The notes: generated by a model from the letters alone, not told the origin. Positions 50,305 to 60,430 are shown, counted from the stretch's first letter. The stretch: DNA of 64,000 bases from an uncultured Rhodobacterales bacterium (GCA_964588725.1 CAZPQL010000001.1:782-64781); one strand, 5' to 3'. Numbers and translations: made by a program.

Positions 50305-50652
50305 ATGGGAAAACTAACGACACATGTGTTGGACACGGCTACCGGTCATCCGGCCAGGGATTTGCGAATCGAGCTATTTCGTTTGGCACCGCGTCCCGAA
50401 AAACTGGCCGACGTGACAACCAACGAAGACGGACGGGTCGACGGTCCTCTGCTGGAAGGCGAGGCATTTGTGTTTGGCGAATACGAACTGATATTTCACG
50501 CCGGTGCGTATTTGGAAAAAACCGCAGCGAACCTGCCGCGCCCCAAGTTTCTTGATCTGATCCCGCTGCGGTTTGGTCTGAGTGACAACAGCCATTACCA
50601 TGTGCCGCTTCTGCTATCGCCCTTTGGATACTCAACATATCGCGGCAGTTAA
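50305..50652 (+). CDS. uraH: 5-hydroxyisourate hydrolase (transthyretin-like)
   Basis: 115 aa. [14 protein letters not shown] and the C-terminal YSTYRGS signature. Confidence 0.92.
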   Translation: MGKLTTHVLDTATGHPARDLRIELFRLAPRPEKLADVTTNEDGRVDGPLLEGEAFVFGEYELIFHAGAYLEKTAANLPRPKFLDLIPLRFGLSDNSHYHVPLLLSPFGYSTYRGS

Positions 50653-50782
50653 CAAATTGCTTGCCCGAATCCTATTTTCCTGTTCTCCTGTCTGAACGTT
50701 AGACGGCTGCGCGCTTGTTTTACGTCGCATCGGGCAATCGCGCACATAGGCTGAATGTAGAGAAGGCGGCGGGTTTTCAGTT

Positions 50783-50866
50783 ATGAAAATCGAGTTTCTT
50801 CTGAACGAAGAGACCGAACGCGTATCAGCGCAGGCTTGCGGTCACTTAGTGACTTGGGGCGCATAA
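50783..50866 (+). other. 27-codon upstream ORF resembling an XdhA N-terminus, stop overlapping the xdhA ATG (TAATG)
   Basis: My own translation is MKIEFLLNEETERVSAQACGHLVTWGA. Compare the xdhA N-terminus MDAVEFLFNGQAMRLRGFKSTDTLLDW. Confidence 0.35.
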
Positions 50867-52275
50867 TGGACGCGGTCGAATTTCTGTTCAATGGTCAGGC
50901 CATGCGTCTGCGCGGCTTCAAATCCACCGACACGCTGCTTGATTGGATGCGCGAACAGCGCGGTGCCGTCGGCACAAAAGAAGGCTGCAATGAAGGCGAC
51001 TGCGGGGCCTGCACCGTAATGGTATCGTCGCTGTCAGAGTCCGGCGCGACCCACGAGGCGCAGAATGCCTGCATTTTGTTCTTGCCACAACTTCAGGGCA
51101 AAGCCGTGCGCACGGTTGAAGGGTTGCGCGACGAAAACGGCGCGCTGCACGCGGTGCAACAGGCGATGATCACCCACCACGCCAGCCAGTGCGGTTTTTG
51201 TACGCCGGGTTTCGTGATGTCGCTGGTCGCTGCGAACGAAAGCGGCAATTCTGATTTTGACGAGGCACTTGCCGGAAACCTGTGCCGGTGTACGGGCTAC
51301 GCGCCCATTATCCGTGCGGCAGAGGCCGCCAGGGGCAAAACCGCACCGCCATGGAGCGCCTCAGACATTGCCGCGCTCAAGTCGCTGCGCCGGGAATCCA
51401 CACAGAACGTCAAAGGCGGGGTTATTCACCGGTCACTGGACGCATTCGCCAAATGGTACGTCGAAAATCCCGATGCAACACTTGTCGGAGGTGCGACCGA
51501 CATCGGACTTTGGGTCACCAAACAGCTTAAAGACCTGCCGCAAACGGCGTTTTTGACTTTCATACCAGAGCTGCGCGACGTCACCGTCGGCGACACCGAA
51601 ATCCGCGTTGGGGCCGCCGTGTCCCTAACAGTATTCAAAGCCCTCATGCAGAATCACCACCCCGATTTTGCTATTATGTTAAAACGTTACGGATCGCTGC
51701 AGGTCCGCAACGCGGCGACCATCGGCGGCAATATTGCCAACGGCTCCCCCATCGGCGACGGTCCGCCGGCATTGATCGCGCTTGGCGCAAGGTTGCACCT
51801 GCGCAAAGGTAAAAAGACCCGCGAAATTGCGCTTGAAGATTTTTTTGTCAGTTACGGCAAACAGGACATTCAGGCAGGAGAATTTGTCGAAGCGATCACC
51901 ATTCCCCGGCAGCGCGACACGCTGAAATGCTATAAAATCTCCAAGCGCTTCGATCAGGATATTTCGGCTTTGCTGGGGTGTTTCAATATCGTGGTCGAGG
52001 CGGGCTTAGTCAGCGCCGCGCGCATTGCATTTGGCGGGATGGCCGCCACCCCCAAACGCGCGACTGCGGTCGAAGCGGCACTTTTGGGTAAGCCGTGGAC
52101 TCAAGACACGATTTCAGCCGCGCTGACCAAATTTGGCGACGATTTCAGCCCCTTGTCGGATATGCGCGCGTCAAGCGACTATCGGCTGGCGGTGGCTCAA
52201 AACCTGTTGCTGCGGTGCTTTACCGAACATCAGATGCCCAAAGCATTGACGCGGGTTCACGGGGTAAGCGCATGA
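50866..52275 (+). CDS. xdhA: xanthine dehydrogenase small subunit (2Fe-2S plus FAD)
   Basis: Start chosen at ATG 50866. GCNEGDCGACTV and CRCTGY iron-sulfur motifs, then a FAD-binding domain. Confidence 0.93.
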   Translation: MDAVEFLFNGQAMRLRGFKSTDTLLDWMREQRGAVGTKEGCNEGDCGACTVMVSSLSESGATHEAQNACILFLPQLQGKAVRTVEGLRDENGALHAVQQAMITHHASQCGFCTPGFVMSLVAANESGNSDFDEALAGNLCRCTGYAPIIRAAEAARGKTAPPWSASDIAALKSLRRESTQNVKGGVIHRSLDAFAKWYVENPDATLVGGATDIGLWVTKQLKDLPQTAFLTFIPELRDVTVGDTEIRVGAAVSLTVFKALMQNHHPDFAIMLKRYGSLQVRNAATIGGNIANGSPIGDGPPALIALGARLHLRKGKKTREIALEDFFVSYGKQDIQAGEFVEAITIPRQRDTLKCYKISKRFDQDISALLGCFNIVVEAGLVSAARIAFGGMAATPKRATAVEAALLGKPWTQDTISAALTKFGDDFSPLSDMRASSDYRLAVAQNLLLRCFTEHQMPKALTRVHGVSA

Positions 52276-54575
52276 GCGTCGGTCAGGCCACAGCCCACGA
52301 CGCAGCGGAGCTGCACGTCACCGGTGCCGCGCGCTATGTGGACGATATTCCGACGCCCGGAAATACGTTGCACTTGGCTTTTGGTCTGTCAGAGATCGCA
52401 TGTGGCAACGTTGTATCGATTGACCTCGATCCGGTAGTCAAAGCACAGGACGTGGTGCGCGTTATCACTGTGGCCGACCTCCCCGGTGCCAACGATGTAT
52501 CGCCCTCGGTACATGACGAACCGATGCTCACGGATAATGCCATACATTTTTTGGGCCAACCGCTGTTCATCGTGGTGGCCACCAGCCACCTGGCGGCACG
52601 CAAGGCCGCGCGGCTGGCCAAAATCGCTTACGACGAAAAGCCCGCAGTGATTACGATGGACGAGGCGATTGCCGCCAATAACACGCTGGAAGACCCGCTT
52701 GAATTCGTCAAAGGTGCGCCCGAAAAACCGATTGCCGACGCAGCGCACCGTTTGAGCGGCCAGATCGACATTGGCGGGCAGGAACATTTCTACCTTGAAG
52801 GCATGGCTGCCCTGACCCTGCCGCAAGAAGGTGGCGATATGCTGGTGCACGCCTCAACGCAACACCCCAGCGAAATTCAGCACAAAGTGGCCGAGGCGCT
52901 GAATTTACCGCTGCACGCGGTGCGGGTCGAAACCCGCCGTATGGGCGGCGGTTTTGGCGGCAAGGAAAGTCAGGGAAATTCACTGGCGGTGGCTTGCGCC
53001 GTCACCAGTTTTCTGACCGGCAGGCCGTGCAAAATGCGCTACGACCGCGACGACGATATGGTTGTCACAGGCAAACGCCACGAGTTTCGGATAAAATACG
53101 ACGTTGGCTTTGACGATCAGGGCAAAATCGCGGGCGTGATTTTTGAACAGTTCGCTCGCTGCGGCTGGGCGCAGGATCTGTCGCTGGCCATTGCTGACCG
53201 CGCCATGTTGCACGCGGACAATGCCTATTTTCTGCCGCACGCGCGCATCTTATCGCACCGGTTGAAAACCAACACCGTGTCCAACACGGCGTTTCGCGGC
53301 TTTGGCGGGCCGCAGGGCATCGTCGGAATCGAGCGGGTGATCGATCACATCGCTTTCCATCTGAAGCGCGATGCAGCCGACGTGCGGCAGATCAATTTCT
53401 ACGCAAATTTTAGCCAAAGCAAAAAACAAACCACCCAGTACCACATGCCGGTCACCGACAGCGTCAGCGACCAGATCGCCGCCGAATTGCTACAAAGCTG
53501 CGACTACGCAAAACGCCGGACAGACATCGCTGCATGGAACGCCAAAAGTCCGGTCCTGAAACGCGGGCTTGCCATGGTGCCGGTCAAGTTCGGGATTTCA
53601 TTCACGCTGACCTTTCTTAATCAGGCCGGGGCGCTGGTGCACGTTTATTCCGACGGCTCGATCCACCTTAATCACGGCGGCACCGAAATGGGTCAGGGGC
53701 TGTTCACCAAAGTCGCGCAAGTGGCGGCAACGGTGTTTGGCCAGCCGCTGTCGGCGGTCAAGATCACGGCCACCGATACCGCCAAAGTGCCCAATACATC
53801 GGCGACGGCAGCCTCGTCCGGATCTGATCTAAACGGAATGGCGGTCAAGGCCGCCTGCGAGATCATCAAGGCAAGACTGACACGCATGTTGTGCGATCAG
53901 TACCGCGTGGTCGCCGAGAAAATCTCGTTTGGCGACGGCGTTGTGGACGTTGACGGCACAACGTTGGCCTTTGCGCAGGTCGCCGCGTCCGCCTACCAAA
54001 ACCGTATTTCGCTGTCTTCAACCGGATTTTACGCCACCCCCGACGTCGAGTGGGACCGCCTCAAGGGACGCGGGCGGCCATTCTATTATTTCGCCTACGG
54101 CGCGGCGGTGACCGAGGTCGTCATCGACACGTTGACCGGTGAAAACCGTATTTTGCGCTGCGACATTCTGCACGATGTGGGCGAATCGTTGAACCCGGCC
54201 ATAGACATTGGCCAGATCGAAGGCGGCTTCGTGCAAGGCGCGGGCTGGCTGACCACCGAAGAACTGGTATGGAACGACAGGGGACGCCTGACCACGCACG
54301 CGCCATCGACCTATAAAATTCCGGCGGTTTGGGACCGCCCCGCGATTTTCAATGTCGCCCTGTGGGACCAGGGCAGAAACGTCGAAAAAACCATCTACCG
54401 TTCCAAAGCCGTGGGCGAGCCACCGCTGATATTGGGCATTTCGGCTCTGATGGCGTTATCTGACGCGATCGCTGCCTGCGGGGACGGCGACAACTATCCG
54501 CACCTTAATGCACCTGCCACCGCGGAAACGGTTCTCATGGCGGTTCAGCGCCAGCGCGAAAGTGCCGCCCAATGA
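52272..54575 (+). CDS. xdhB: xanthine dehydrogenase molybdopterin-binding subunit
   Basis: Start chosen at ATG 52272, making an ATGA overlap with xdhA. RRMGGGFGGKE motif. About 767 aa. Confidence 0.95.
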   Translation: MSVGQATAHDAAELHVTGAARYVDDIPTPGNTLHLAFGLSEIACGNVVSIDLDPVVKAQDVVRVITVADLPGANDVSPSVHDEPMLTDNAIHFLGQPLFIVVATSHLAARKAARLAKIAYDEKPAVITMDEAIAANNTLEDPLEFVKGAPEKPIADAAHRLSGQIDIGGQEHFYLEGMAALTLPQEGGDMLVHASTQHPSEIQHKVAEALNLPLHAVRVETRRMGGGFGGKESQGNSLAVACAVTSFLTGRPCKMRYDRDDDMVVTGKRHEFRIKYDVGFDDQGKIAGVIFEQFARCGWAQDLSLAIADRAMLHADNAYFLPHARILSHRLKTNTVSNTAFRGFGGPQGIVGIERVIDHIAFHLKRDAADVRQINFYANFSQSKKQTTQYHMPVTDSVSDQIAAELLQSCDYAKRRTDIAAWNAKSPVLKRGLAMVPVKFGISFTLTFLNQAGALVHVYSDGSIHLNHGGTEMGQGLFTKVAQVAATVFGQPLSAVKITATDTAKVPNTSATAASSGSDLNGMAVKAACEIIKARLTRMLCDQYRVVAEKISFGDGVVDVDGTTLAFAQVAASAYQNRISLSSTGFYATPDVEWDRLKGRGRPFYYFAYGAAVTEVVIDTLTGENRILRCDILHDVGESLNPAIDIGQIEGGFVQGAGWLTTEELVWNDRGRLTTHAPSTYKIPAVWDRPAIFNVALWDQGRNVEKTIYRSKAVGEPPLILGISALMALSDAIAACGDGDNYPHLNAPATAETVLMAVQRQRESAAQ

Positions 54576-55582
54576 GCTTTGATTTGCAAGCGTTGAAAAC
54601 TGCCGTCGCAGCACACCACCGTGTGGCGCGTATCGTTGTGACCGCGACCAATGGCTCGGCACCGCGCGCACCCGGCACCGCAATGCTGGTGTGGTCCACA
54701 GGTCAGGACGGAACCATCGGCGGCGGGCAACTGGAATTTGACGCAACCGTACAAGCCCGTGAAATGCTAAAACACGACGGCGTTTGGAAGAGATCGCACA
54801 AGACCAAAGCATTGGGTCCGGAGCTCGGACAATGTTGTGGTGGTAGTGTCACCCTGTTGACCGAATGTTTTGAAGCTTCGTCGCTCAAATCCACGGCGGC
54901 CGAGACGGAAAAACACGGTGTGTTTGCCCGCCCTTTGAATAGCGATCAGGACATTGCCACGGCGCGCCCGCTGGGCGTGGAACGCGTTCTGACCACCGCA
55001 CGAGCAACGGGCAACCAAGTTGAATTGCAAAGGATTGACGGCTGGCTGGTCGAACCGCTGGTTTGCGATGAAGCGCCGCTTTGGATATTTGGTGCCGGCC
55101 ATGTGGGCCGCGCATTGGTCGATGTATTTAATGCCCTGCCTTATACAATTACGTGGATCGACACGGCGGCGGATCGCTTTCCTTTGGATGTTTCGCCCAA
55201 CGTCGATGTCGTGCACGCCCCGAATATCGGCGATATTGTGTCTTTCGCGCCGCCAAATGCGCGGCACCTCATTGTGACCTATTCCCACGCGCTTGATCTG
55301 GAACTGTGCCATCGTTTGCTTTTGCATCCGACGTCTGGCGTCGGTCTCATCGGCTCTAAAACAAAATGGGCACGCTTTCGCAAACGTCTTGCGGCACTGG
55401 GCCATACACCGGCAAAAATCAGTACGATCACCTGCCCTATCGGCACACCCGAGATTGGGAAATCGCCCGCCGCCATTGCAGTTGGGGTCGCCGCTCGGTT
55501 AATGCTTAACGACGCGCGCGATTCCCGCGCCTTTTCTGGCTCTGCGGTTACCCGCCAAAGCAAAAAGGAAACTGCTACGTGA
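54572..55582 (+). CDS. xdhC: xanthine dehydrogenase accessory (Moco insertion) protein
   Basis: 336 aa. ATGA overlap with xdhB. XdhC/CoxI-like with a Rossmann region LWIFGAGHVG. Confidence 0.85.
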   Translation: MSFDLQALKTAVAAHHRVARIVVTATNGSAPRAPGTAMLVWSTGQDGTIGGGQLEFDATVQAREMLKHDGVWKRSHKTKALGPELGQCCGGSVTLLTECFEASSLKSTAAETEKHGVFARPLNSDQDIATARPLGVERVLTTARATGNQVELQRIDGWLVEPLVCDEAPLWIFGAGHVGRALVDVFNALPYTITWIDTAADRFPLDVSPNVDVVHAPNIGDIVSFAPPNARHLIVTYSHALDLELCHRLLLHPTSGVGLIGSKTKWARFRKRLAALGHTPAKISTITCPIGTPEIGKSPAAIAVGVAARLMLNDARDSRAFSGSAVTRQSKKETAT

Positions 55583-57090
55583 CTGTTTTGCTCCAGATTG
55601 CCGGGCTGACCAAAGCCTACCCCGGGGTGGTCGCCAACGATGACGTCAGCTTTGACGTCAAAGAAGGCGAAGTTCACGCGTTGTTGGGCGAAAATGGGGC
55701 CGGGAAATCGACGCTGGTCAAAATGATCTACGGTCTGGTGCGCCCGGATCACGGCACAATGAAGTTTCGTGGCAAAAGCTTTCAACCCGGTGAGCCGCGC
55801 GAAGCCCGCGCTTCGGGCGTGGCCATGGTATTTCAGCATTTTTCGCTGTTCGAGGCTTTGACCGTAGCCGAAAACATCGCACTGGGCATGGAAAACGCCC
55901 CACCGCAGCGCGCGTTGGCAAAGCAAATAACCGACGTTTCCACTGCTTACAAATTGCCGCTTGACCCCAACAGGATCATCGGGGACCTGTCGGTGGGAGA
56001 ACGCCAGCGCGTGGAAATCATCCGGTGTCTGCTACAAAATCCCAAATTGCTGATAATGGATGAACCCACGTCGGTATTGACCCCTCAGGAGGTCGATATT
56101 CTGTTCGAAACCTTGCGCAAATTATCGGCGCAGGGCACGGCAATTTTGTATATTTCCCATAAGCTTGAGGAAATTCGAACCCTATGCGATCACGCGACGA
56201 TTCTGCGCATGGGCAAGGTGGTGGGCACCAGCACGCCCTCAAAGGTGTCGGCACGTGATTTGGCGGAAATGATGGTCGGCAGCACCCTGCACACGCCCAC
56301 GCGCAAATCCGAGAACAAGGGTGAAAGAGTCCTCAATATTACCAATCTTGACGTACCGACAAAGCAACAGTTCGGCACATCATTGCGTGATATTTCGCTT
56401 TCGGTCCACTCGGGCGAGATTCTGGGCATTGGCGGCGTGGCCGGAAACGGACAGGATGAATTTCTGGCAGCGCTTAGCGGCGAAGCCACTACCAAAAAAG
56501 CGCAGATCACCGTTGACGATATCGAAATCGGCGATTTCGGACCCAACGAAAGGCGCGAAATCGGCGTATTAACCGCCCCAGAGGAACGCCTTGGGCATGC
56601 CGCCGCACCGGCAATGTCTCTGACGGAAAACGCCCTGCTGACAGGCGAGTGGCGTCAAAAACTGTCCAAAGGCGGTTTCCTGAACTGGAGCGCCGCCAGT
56701 TATTTCGCGTCCGCCATCGTTGAGGAATTTGACGTGCGTACGCCAAGCGTCAGGAACGCGGCGCGGTCGTTATCGGGCGGCAACTTGCAGAAATTTGTCA
56801 TCGGTCGTGAGATCATGCAAAAACCGCGCGTTCTGGTAGTGAACCAGCCGACCTGGGGCGTTGACGCCTCGGCGGCTGCCGACATCCGGCAGGCACTGCT
56901 CGATCTGGCGGAAGGAGGCTCTGCCCTGGTCATCATTTCGCAGGATCTGGACGAACTTTTGGAAATATCCGACCGTTTTGCAGTTCTCAACGAGGGCCGA
57001 TTATCTGAACCTCAGGATACTATATCGCTTAGCGTTGATGACATTGGCCTGATGATGGGCGGAATGGAGGCCAATCATGTTTCAGCTTGA
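55579..57090 (+). CDS. ABC transporter ATPase, duplicated cassette (BMP/nucleoside-type system)
   Basis: 503 aa. Walker A GENGAGKST, signatures LSVGERQ and LSGGNLQK. GTGA overlap with xdhC. Confidence 0.93.
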   Translation: MTVLLQIAGLTKAYPGVVANDDVSFDVKEGEVHALLGENGAGKSTLVKMIYGLVRPDHGTMKFRGKSFQPGEPREARASGVAMVFQHFSLFEALTVAENIALGMENAPPQRALAKQITDVSTAYKLPLDPNRIIGDLSVGERQRVEIIRCLLQNPKLLIMDEPTSVLTPQEVDILFETLRKLSAQGTAILYISHKLEEIRTLCDHATILRMGKVVGTSTPSKVSARDLAEMMVGSTLHTPTRKSENKGERVLNITNLDVPTKQQFGTSLRDISLSVHSGEILGIGGVAGNGQDEFLAALSGEATTKKAQITVDDIEIGDFGPNERREIGVLTAPEERLGHAAAPAMSLTENALLTGEWRQKLSKGGFLNWSAASYFASAIVEEFDVRTPSVRNAARSLSGGNLQKFVIGREIMQKPRVLVVNQPTWGVDASAAADIRQALLDLAEGGSALVIISQDLDELLEISDRFAVLNEGRLSEPQDTISLSVDDIGLMMGGMEANHVSA

Positions 57091-58150
57091 AACACGTCCA
57101 CAAGAATCGGCGCTTTGGACAGCGCTCACGCCGGTTCTGGCCGTTATTGCGACGATGATCGCAGGTGGCTTTTTGTTTGCGTTTCTGGGCAAAGACCCGG
57201 TTGAAGCCATTCGCCTGATATTTCTCGATCCGCTTTTGCAGCCTTACACGCGCGGGCAGTTGTTGATCAAAGGTGGGCCGCTGATCCTGATTGCGCTGGG
57301 CCTGTCGCTGGGATTTCGCGCCGGCATCTGGAATATCGGTGCTGAGGGACAGTTTATCATGGGCGCCATTGCCGGTGGCTCGGTGGGACTGGCGGTATAT
57401 CCTCTGGATTCAGTCTGGGTGCTGCCGCTGATGGCTATTGTCGGCGCGTTGGGCGGATTTTTGTGGGCGATGATCCCTGCCCTGCTCAAAATCAAATTTA
57501 ATGCCAATGAAATTCTGGTGTCGCTGATGCTGGTTTACGTGGCGACCAATTTCCTTGGCGGTATGGTAACGGGACCCTTGCGCAATCCCGATGGGCGCGG
57601 CTTTCCGGAGTCGCGTAGTTTTCAGGACTTGCCCGGGACTACGAACGGCGAGATTTTCGCGGGCACAGGTATCCACTGGGGCGTCATGCTGATGTTTACC
57701 ACGGTAATCGTCGCTTACATCCTGTTGACGCGTCACCGTCTTGGCTTTCAGATCAAACTGACGGGCGAAAGCCCGCGCGCTGCCCGTTTTGCGGGCGTGA
57801 ATCCCAATGTCATTATCGCCGTGTGTCTGGGCATTTCCGGGGCGCTTGCAGGTCTTGCCGGTCTGTTCGAGGTCACCGGACCTGCCGGAAAATTGACGAC
57901 AAACTTCCCGGTGGGCTATGGCTTTACAGCAATTATCGTCGCGTTTCTCGGCCGTTTGCACCCCGTGGGAATCTTTTTGGCCGGGATCGTCATGGCCATC
58001 ACTTATATTGGCGGCGAGACCGTGCAGTTCCGTCTGGGCGTACCGGCGGCATCCATAACCGTTTTTCAGGGCATGTTGCTTTTTTTCCTGCTCGCGCTTG
58101 ACGTTTTATCCTCTTACCGGATCCGCTGGGTCAGAAAGGAGACCGGCTGA
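57077..58150 (+). CDS. ABC transporter permease
   Basis: 357 aa polytopic protein. 14-nt overlap with the ATPase gene. Confidence 0.9.
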   Translation: MFQLETRPQESALWTALTPVLAVIATMIAGGFLFAFLGKDPVEAIRLIFLDPLLQPYTRGQLLIKGGPLILIALGLSLGFRAGIWNIGAEGQFIMGAIAGGSVGLAVYPLDSVWVLPLMAIVGALGGFLWAMIPALLKIKFNANEILVSLMLVYVATNFLGGMVTGPLRNPDGRGFPESRSFQDLPGTTNGEIFAGTGIHWGVMLMFTTVIVAYILLTRHRLGFQIKLTGESPRAARFAGVNPNVIIAVCLGISGALAGLAGLFEVTGPAGKLTTNFPVGYGFTAIIVAFLGRLHPVGIFLAGIVMAITYIGGETVQFRLGVPAASITVFQGMLLFFLLALDVLSSYRIRWVRKETG

Positions 58151-59082
58151 TGGATTTCTCGTCACTGAACCCCGTTGCCCTGATCGTCAGCCTGATGGTC
58201 GCTGCAACACCTTTGCTGCTGGCCGCGATTGGCGAATTGGTGGTGGAAAAGTCCGGAGTGCTGAACCTGGGTGTCGAGGGCATGATGATCAGCGGTGCGG
58301 TGTTTGGATTTATCGCTGCCGTGACTACGGGATCCCCGTGGATCGGAATGGCTGCGGCCATCGTCGGCGGCGCGTTGATAGCCCTTATTTTCGGAATTTT
58401 GACGCAGATATTATTGTCCAATCAGGTGGCCACCGGTCTGGCGCTGACGCTTTTTGGTCTGGGGTTTTCGGCTTTGCTTGGCCACAGTTACACAGGTATC
58501 AAACCCCCGCGTTTCCCGCGTCTGGAAGTCGATTTTCTTGCGGATATTCCCTATATCGGCGGCATTTTGTTCAGGCATGATTTCATCGTGTATATATCGC
58601 TTATTCTGGTATTTGCTGTGTGGTATTTTCTGAAATACACCCGCGGCGGACTGGTTCTGCGCGCGGTCGGTGAAAGCCACGACGCTGCGCACGCGCTGGG
58701 TTACAAGGTCGTGCGCATCCGCCTGCTGGCCATCATGTTCGGCGGTGCCTGTGCCGGTCTGGGAGGTGCCTACATCTCGATGATCCGCGTTCCGCAATGG
58801 ACCGAGGGGATGACGGCCGGATCAGGCTGGATCGCACTGGCGCTGGTGGTGTTTGCCAGTTGGAAGCCGTGGCGCGTTCTGTTTGGCGCCTATCTGTTTG
58901 GCGGCATCACCATCATGCAGCTTAACCTGCAGGCCATCGGTATTTCGATCCCTGTCGCCTATTTGTCGATGACTCCATATGTGGTTACCATTCTGGTATT
59001 GGTAATTATGTCCGCTGACCGCAAACGCGCCAGCATCAATGCACCGGCCTCACTGGGTCGTGTGTTCCACGCCTCGCATTAA
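58150..59082 (+). CDS. ABC transporter permease
   Basis: 310 aa polytopic protein. TGATG overlap with the preceding permease gene. Confidence 0.9.
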   Translation: MDFSSLNPVALIVSLMVAATPLLLAAIGELVVEKSGVLNLGVEGMMISGAVFGFIAAVTTGSPWIGMAAAIVGGALIALIFGILTQILLSNQVATGLALTLFGLGFSALLGHSYTGIKPPRFPRLEVDFLADIPYIGGILFRHDFIVYISLILVFAVWYFLKYTRGGLVLRAVGESHDAAHALGYKVVRIRLLAIMFGGACAGLGGAYISMIRVPQWTEGMTAGSGWIALALVVFASWKPWRVLFGAYLFGGITIMQLNLQAIGISIPVAYLSMTPYVVTILVLVIMSADRKRASINAPASLGRVFHASH

Positions 59083-59139
59083 AGGCGTATAGTTTAAACC
59101 GGCCGGTCACACGGCCAAACCAACAAAGGGAGAATAACA

Positions 59140-60213
59140 ATGAACCTGTTCAAAACACTGATGGCGGGCGCTGCGCTTGCAATCGGTCTGGGCGCTGGCG
59201 CTGCCACGTCGGAGCCGCTGAAAGTCGGCTTTGTTTACGTGGGACCAGTTGGTGACCTGGGCTGGACGTACCAGCACGATCTGGGTCGCAAAGCCATAGA
59301 AGCGGAATTTGGCGACGCCGTGGAAACATCTTATGTCGAAAGTGTACCCGAAGGCGCGGATGCCGAGCGGGTCATGACGCAAATGGCACTTGGCGGCGCT
59401 AAGCTGATCTTTACCACTTCTTTTGGCTACATGGACCCGACGATCAACGTCGCCAAAAAATTTCCCGACGTGAAATTCGAACACGCCACGGGATACAAAC
59501 GCGCAGATAACGTGTCGACTTATTCGGCCCGTTTTTACGAAGGCCGCACGGTAATTGGCCACATCGCCGGACACATGTCCAAAACCGGTGTGATCGGGTA
59601 TATCGCTTCGTTCCCGATTCCTGAAGTTGTGCGCGGTATCAACGCCGCCTATCTGGCTGCCAAAGCCGTTAATCCCGACGTGAAGATGAAAGTCATCTGG
59701 GTGTTCACATGGTTTGATCCCGGCAAAGAGGCTGACGCGGCCAACGCCTTGATCGAACAGGGTGCCGACGTGATCATGCAGCACACGGACAGCCCCGCTG
59801 CCATGACGATTGCCGAAGAAAAAGGCATCTACGCCTTTGGTCAGGCATCCGACATGATGCAGTTTGGCCCCAATGCCCGCCTTTCTTCAATCATCGACGA
59901 CTGGGACCCCTACTATATTTCACGGGTCAAGGCAGTTCTGGACGGCACGTGGGTCAGCACTGACACCTGGGATGGTATCGGACCGGGCATGACGGGTATC
60001 GGCGCGTTTTCCGATAAAATTCCGGCGGATGTGCGTGCGTCAGCGCAGGCGATTGTTGATGCTTTGGCTGACGGCTCCATGCATTCCTTCACCGGACCCA
60101 TCAACAAACAAGACGGCTCTGTCTGGCTTAAAGAGGGCGAAACAGCGGACGATGGCACGCTGGCAGGCATGTCTTTTTACGTCGAAGGCATTGAAAGCGA
60201 ATTGCCCAACTAA
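59140..60213 (+). CDS. BMP-family (PnrA-like) substrate-binding protein
   Basis: 357 aa. Signal peptide. VGFVYVGPVGDLGWTYQHD... is typical of the Bmp/Med family. Confidence 0.9.
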   Translation: MNLFKTLMAGAALAIGLGAGAATSEPLKVGFVYVGPVGDLGWTYQHDLGRKAIEAEFGDAVETSYVESVPEGADAERVMTQMALGGAKLIFTTSFGYMDPTINVAKKFPDVKFEHATGYKRADNVSTYSARFYEGRTVIGHIAGHMSKTGVIGYIASFPIPEVVRGINAAYLAAKAVNPDVKMKVIWVFTWFDPGKEADAANALIEQGADVIMQHTDSPAAMTIAEEKGIYAFGQASDMMQFGPNARLSSIIDDWDPYYISRVKAVLDGTWVSTDTWDGIGPGMTGIGAFSDKIPADVRASAQAIVDALADGSMHSFTGPINKQDGSVWLKEGETADDGTLAGMSFYVEGIESELPN

Positions 60214-60235
60214 GGCGTTCGCAAGACAAACAGTC

Positions 60236-60265
60236 AGGCCCGCTGGACACGGCGGGCCTTTTTTG
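60236..60265 (+). terminator. intrinsic terminator AGGCCCGC-N8-GCGGGCCT-TTTTT
   Basis: Read directly from the sequence, 23 nt after the stop of the binding-protein gene. Confidence 0.85.
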
Positions 60266-60374
60266 TTGGGTTGCAAAAGTAATTTGCGCGCCGCGCGGGA
60301 GTATTTGTTCAAAGATGAAGCACGTCGCCAGAGCCGCATCCTTTTTATCTGAATCAGCGGAGCGGCTCTATCCA

Positions 60375-60430
60375 TTTGATCTTGCGCGCAATTTATTCCG
60401 AAAACCGGTGCCCACTTTTCGGAGTGCGCT
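60375..60430. repeat. intergenic palindromic element (TCCGAAAA-N11-TTTTCGGA at 60397-60423)
   Basis: Read directly from the sequence. Its reverse-strand translation ...PKSGHRFSE... matches a repeat motif I remember seeing widely in alphaproteobacterial intergenic regions. Confidence 0.5.

Noticed and set aside
52095-52271. N-terminal extension of the xdhB ORF in the track
   Set aside because: It lies inside xdhA in another frame. ATG 52272 gives the typical XdhB N-terminus and an ATGA coupling overlap.
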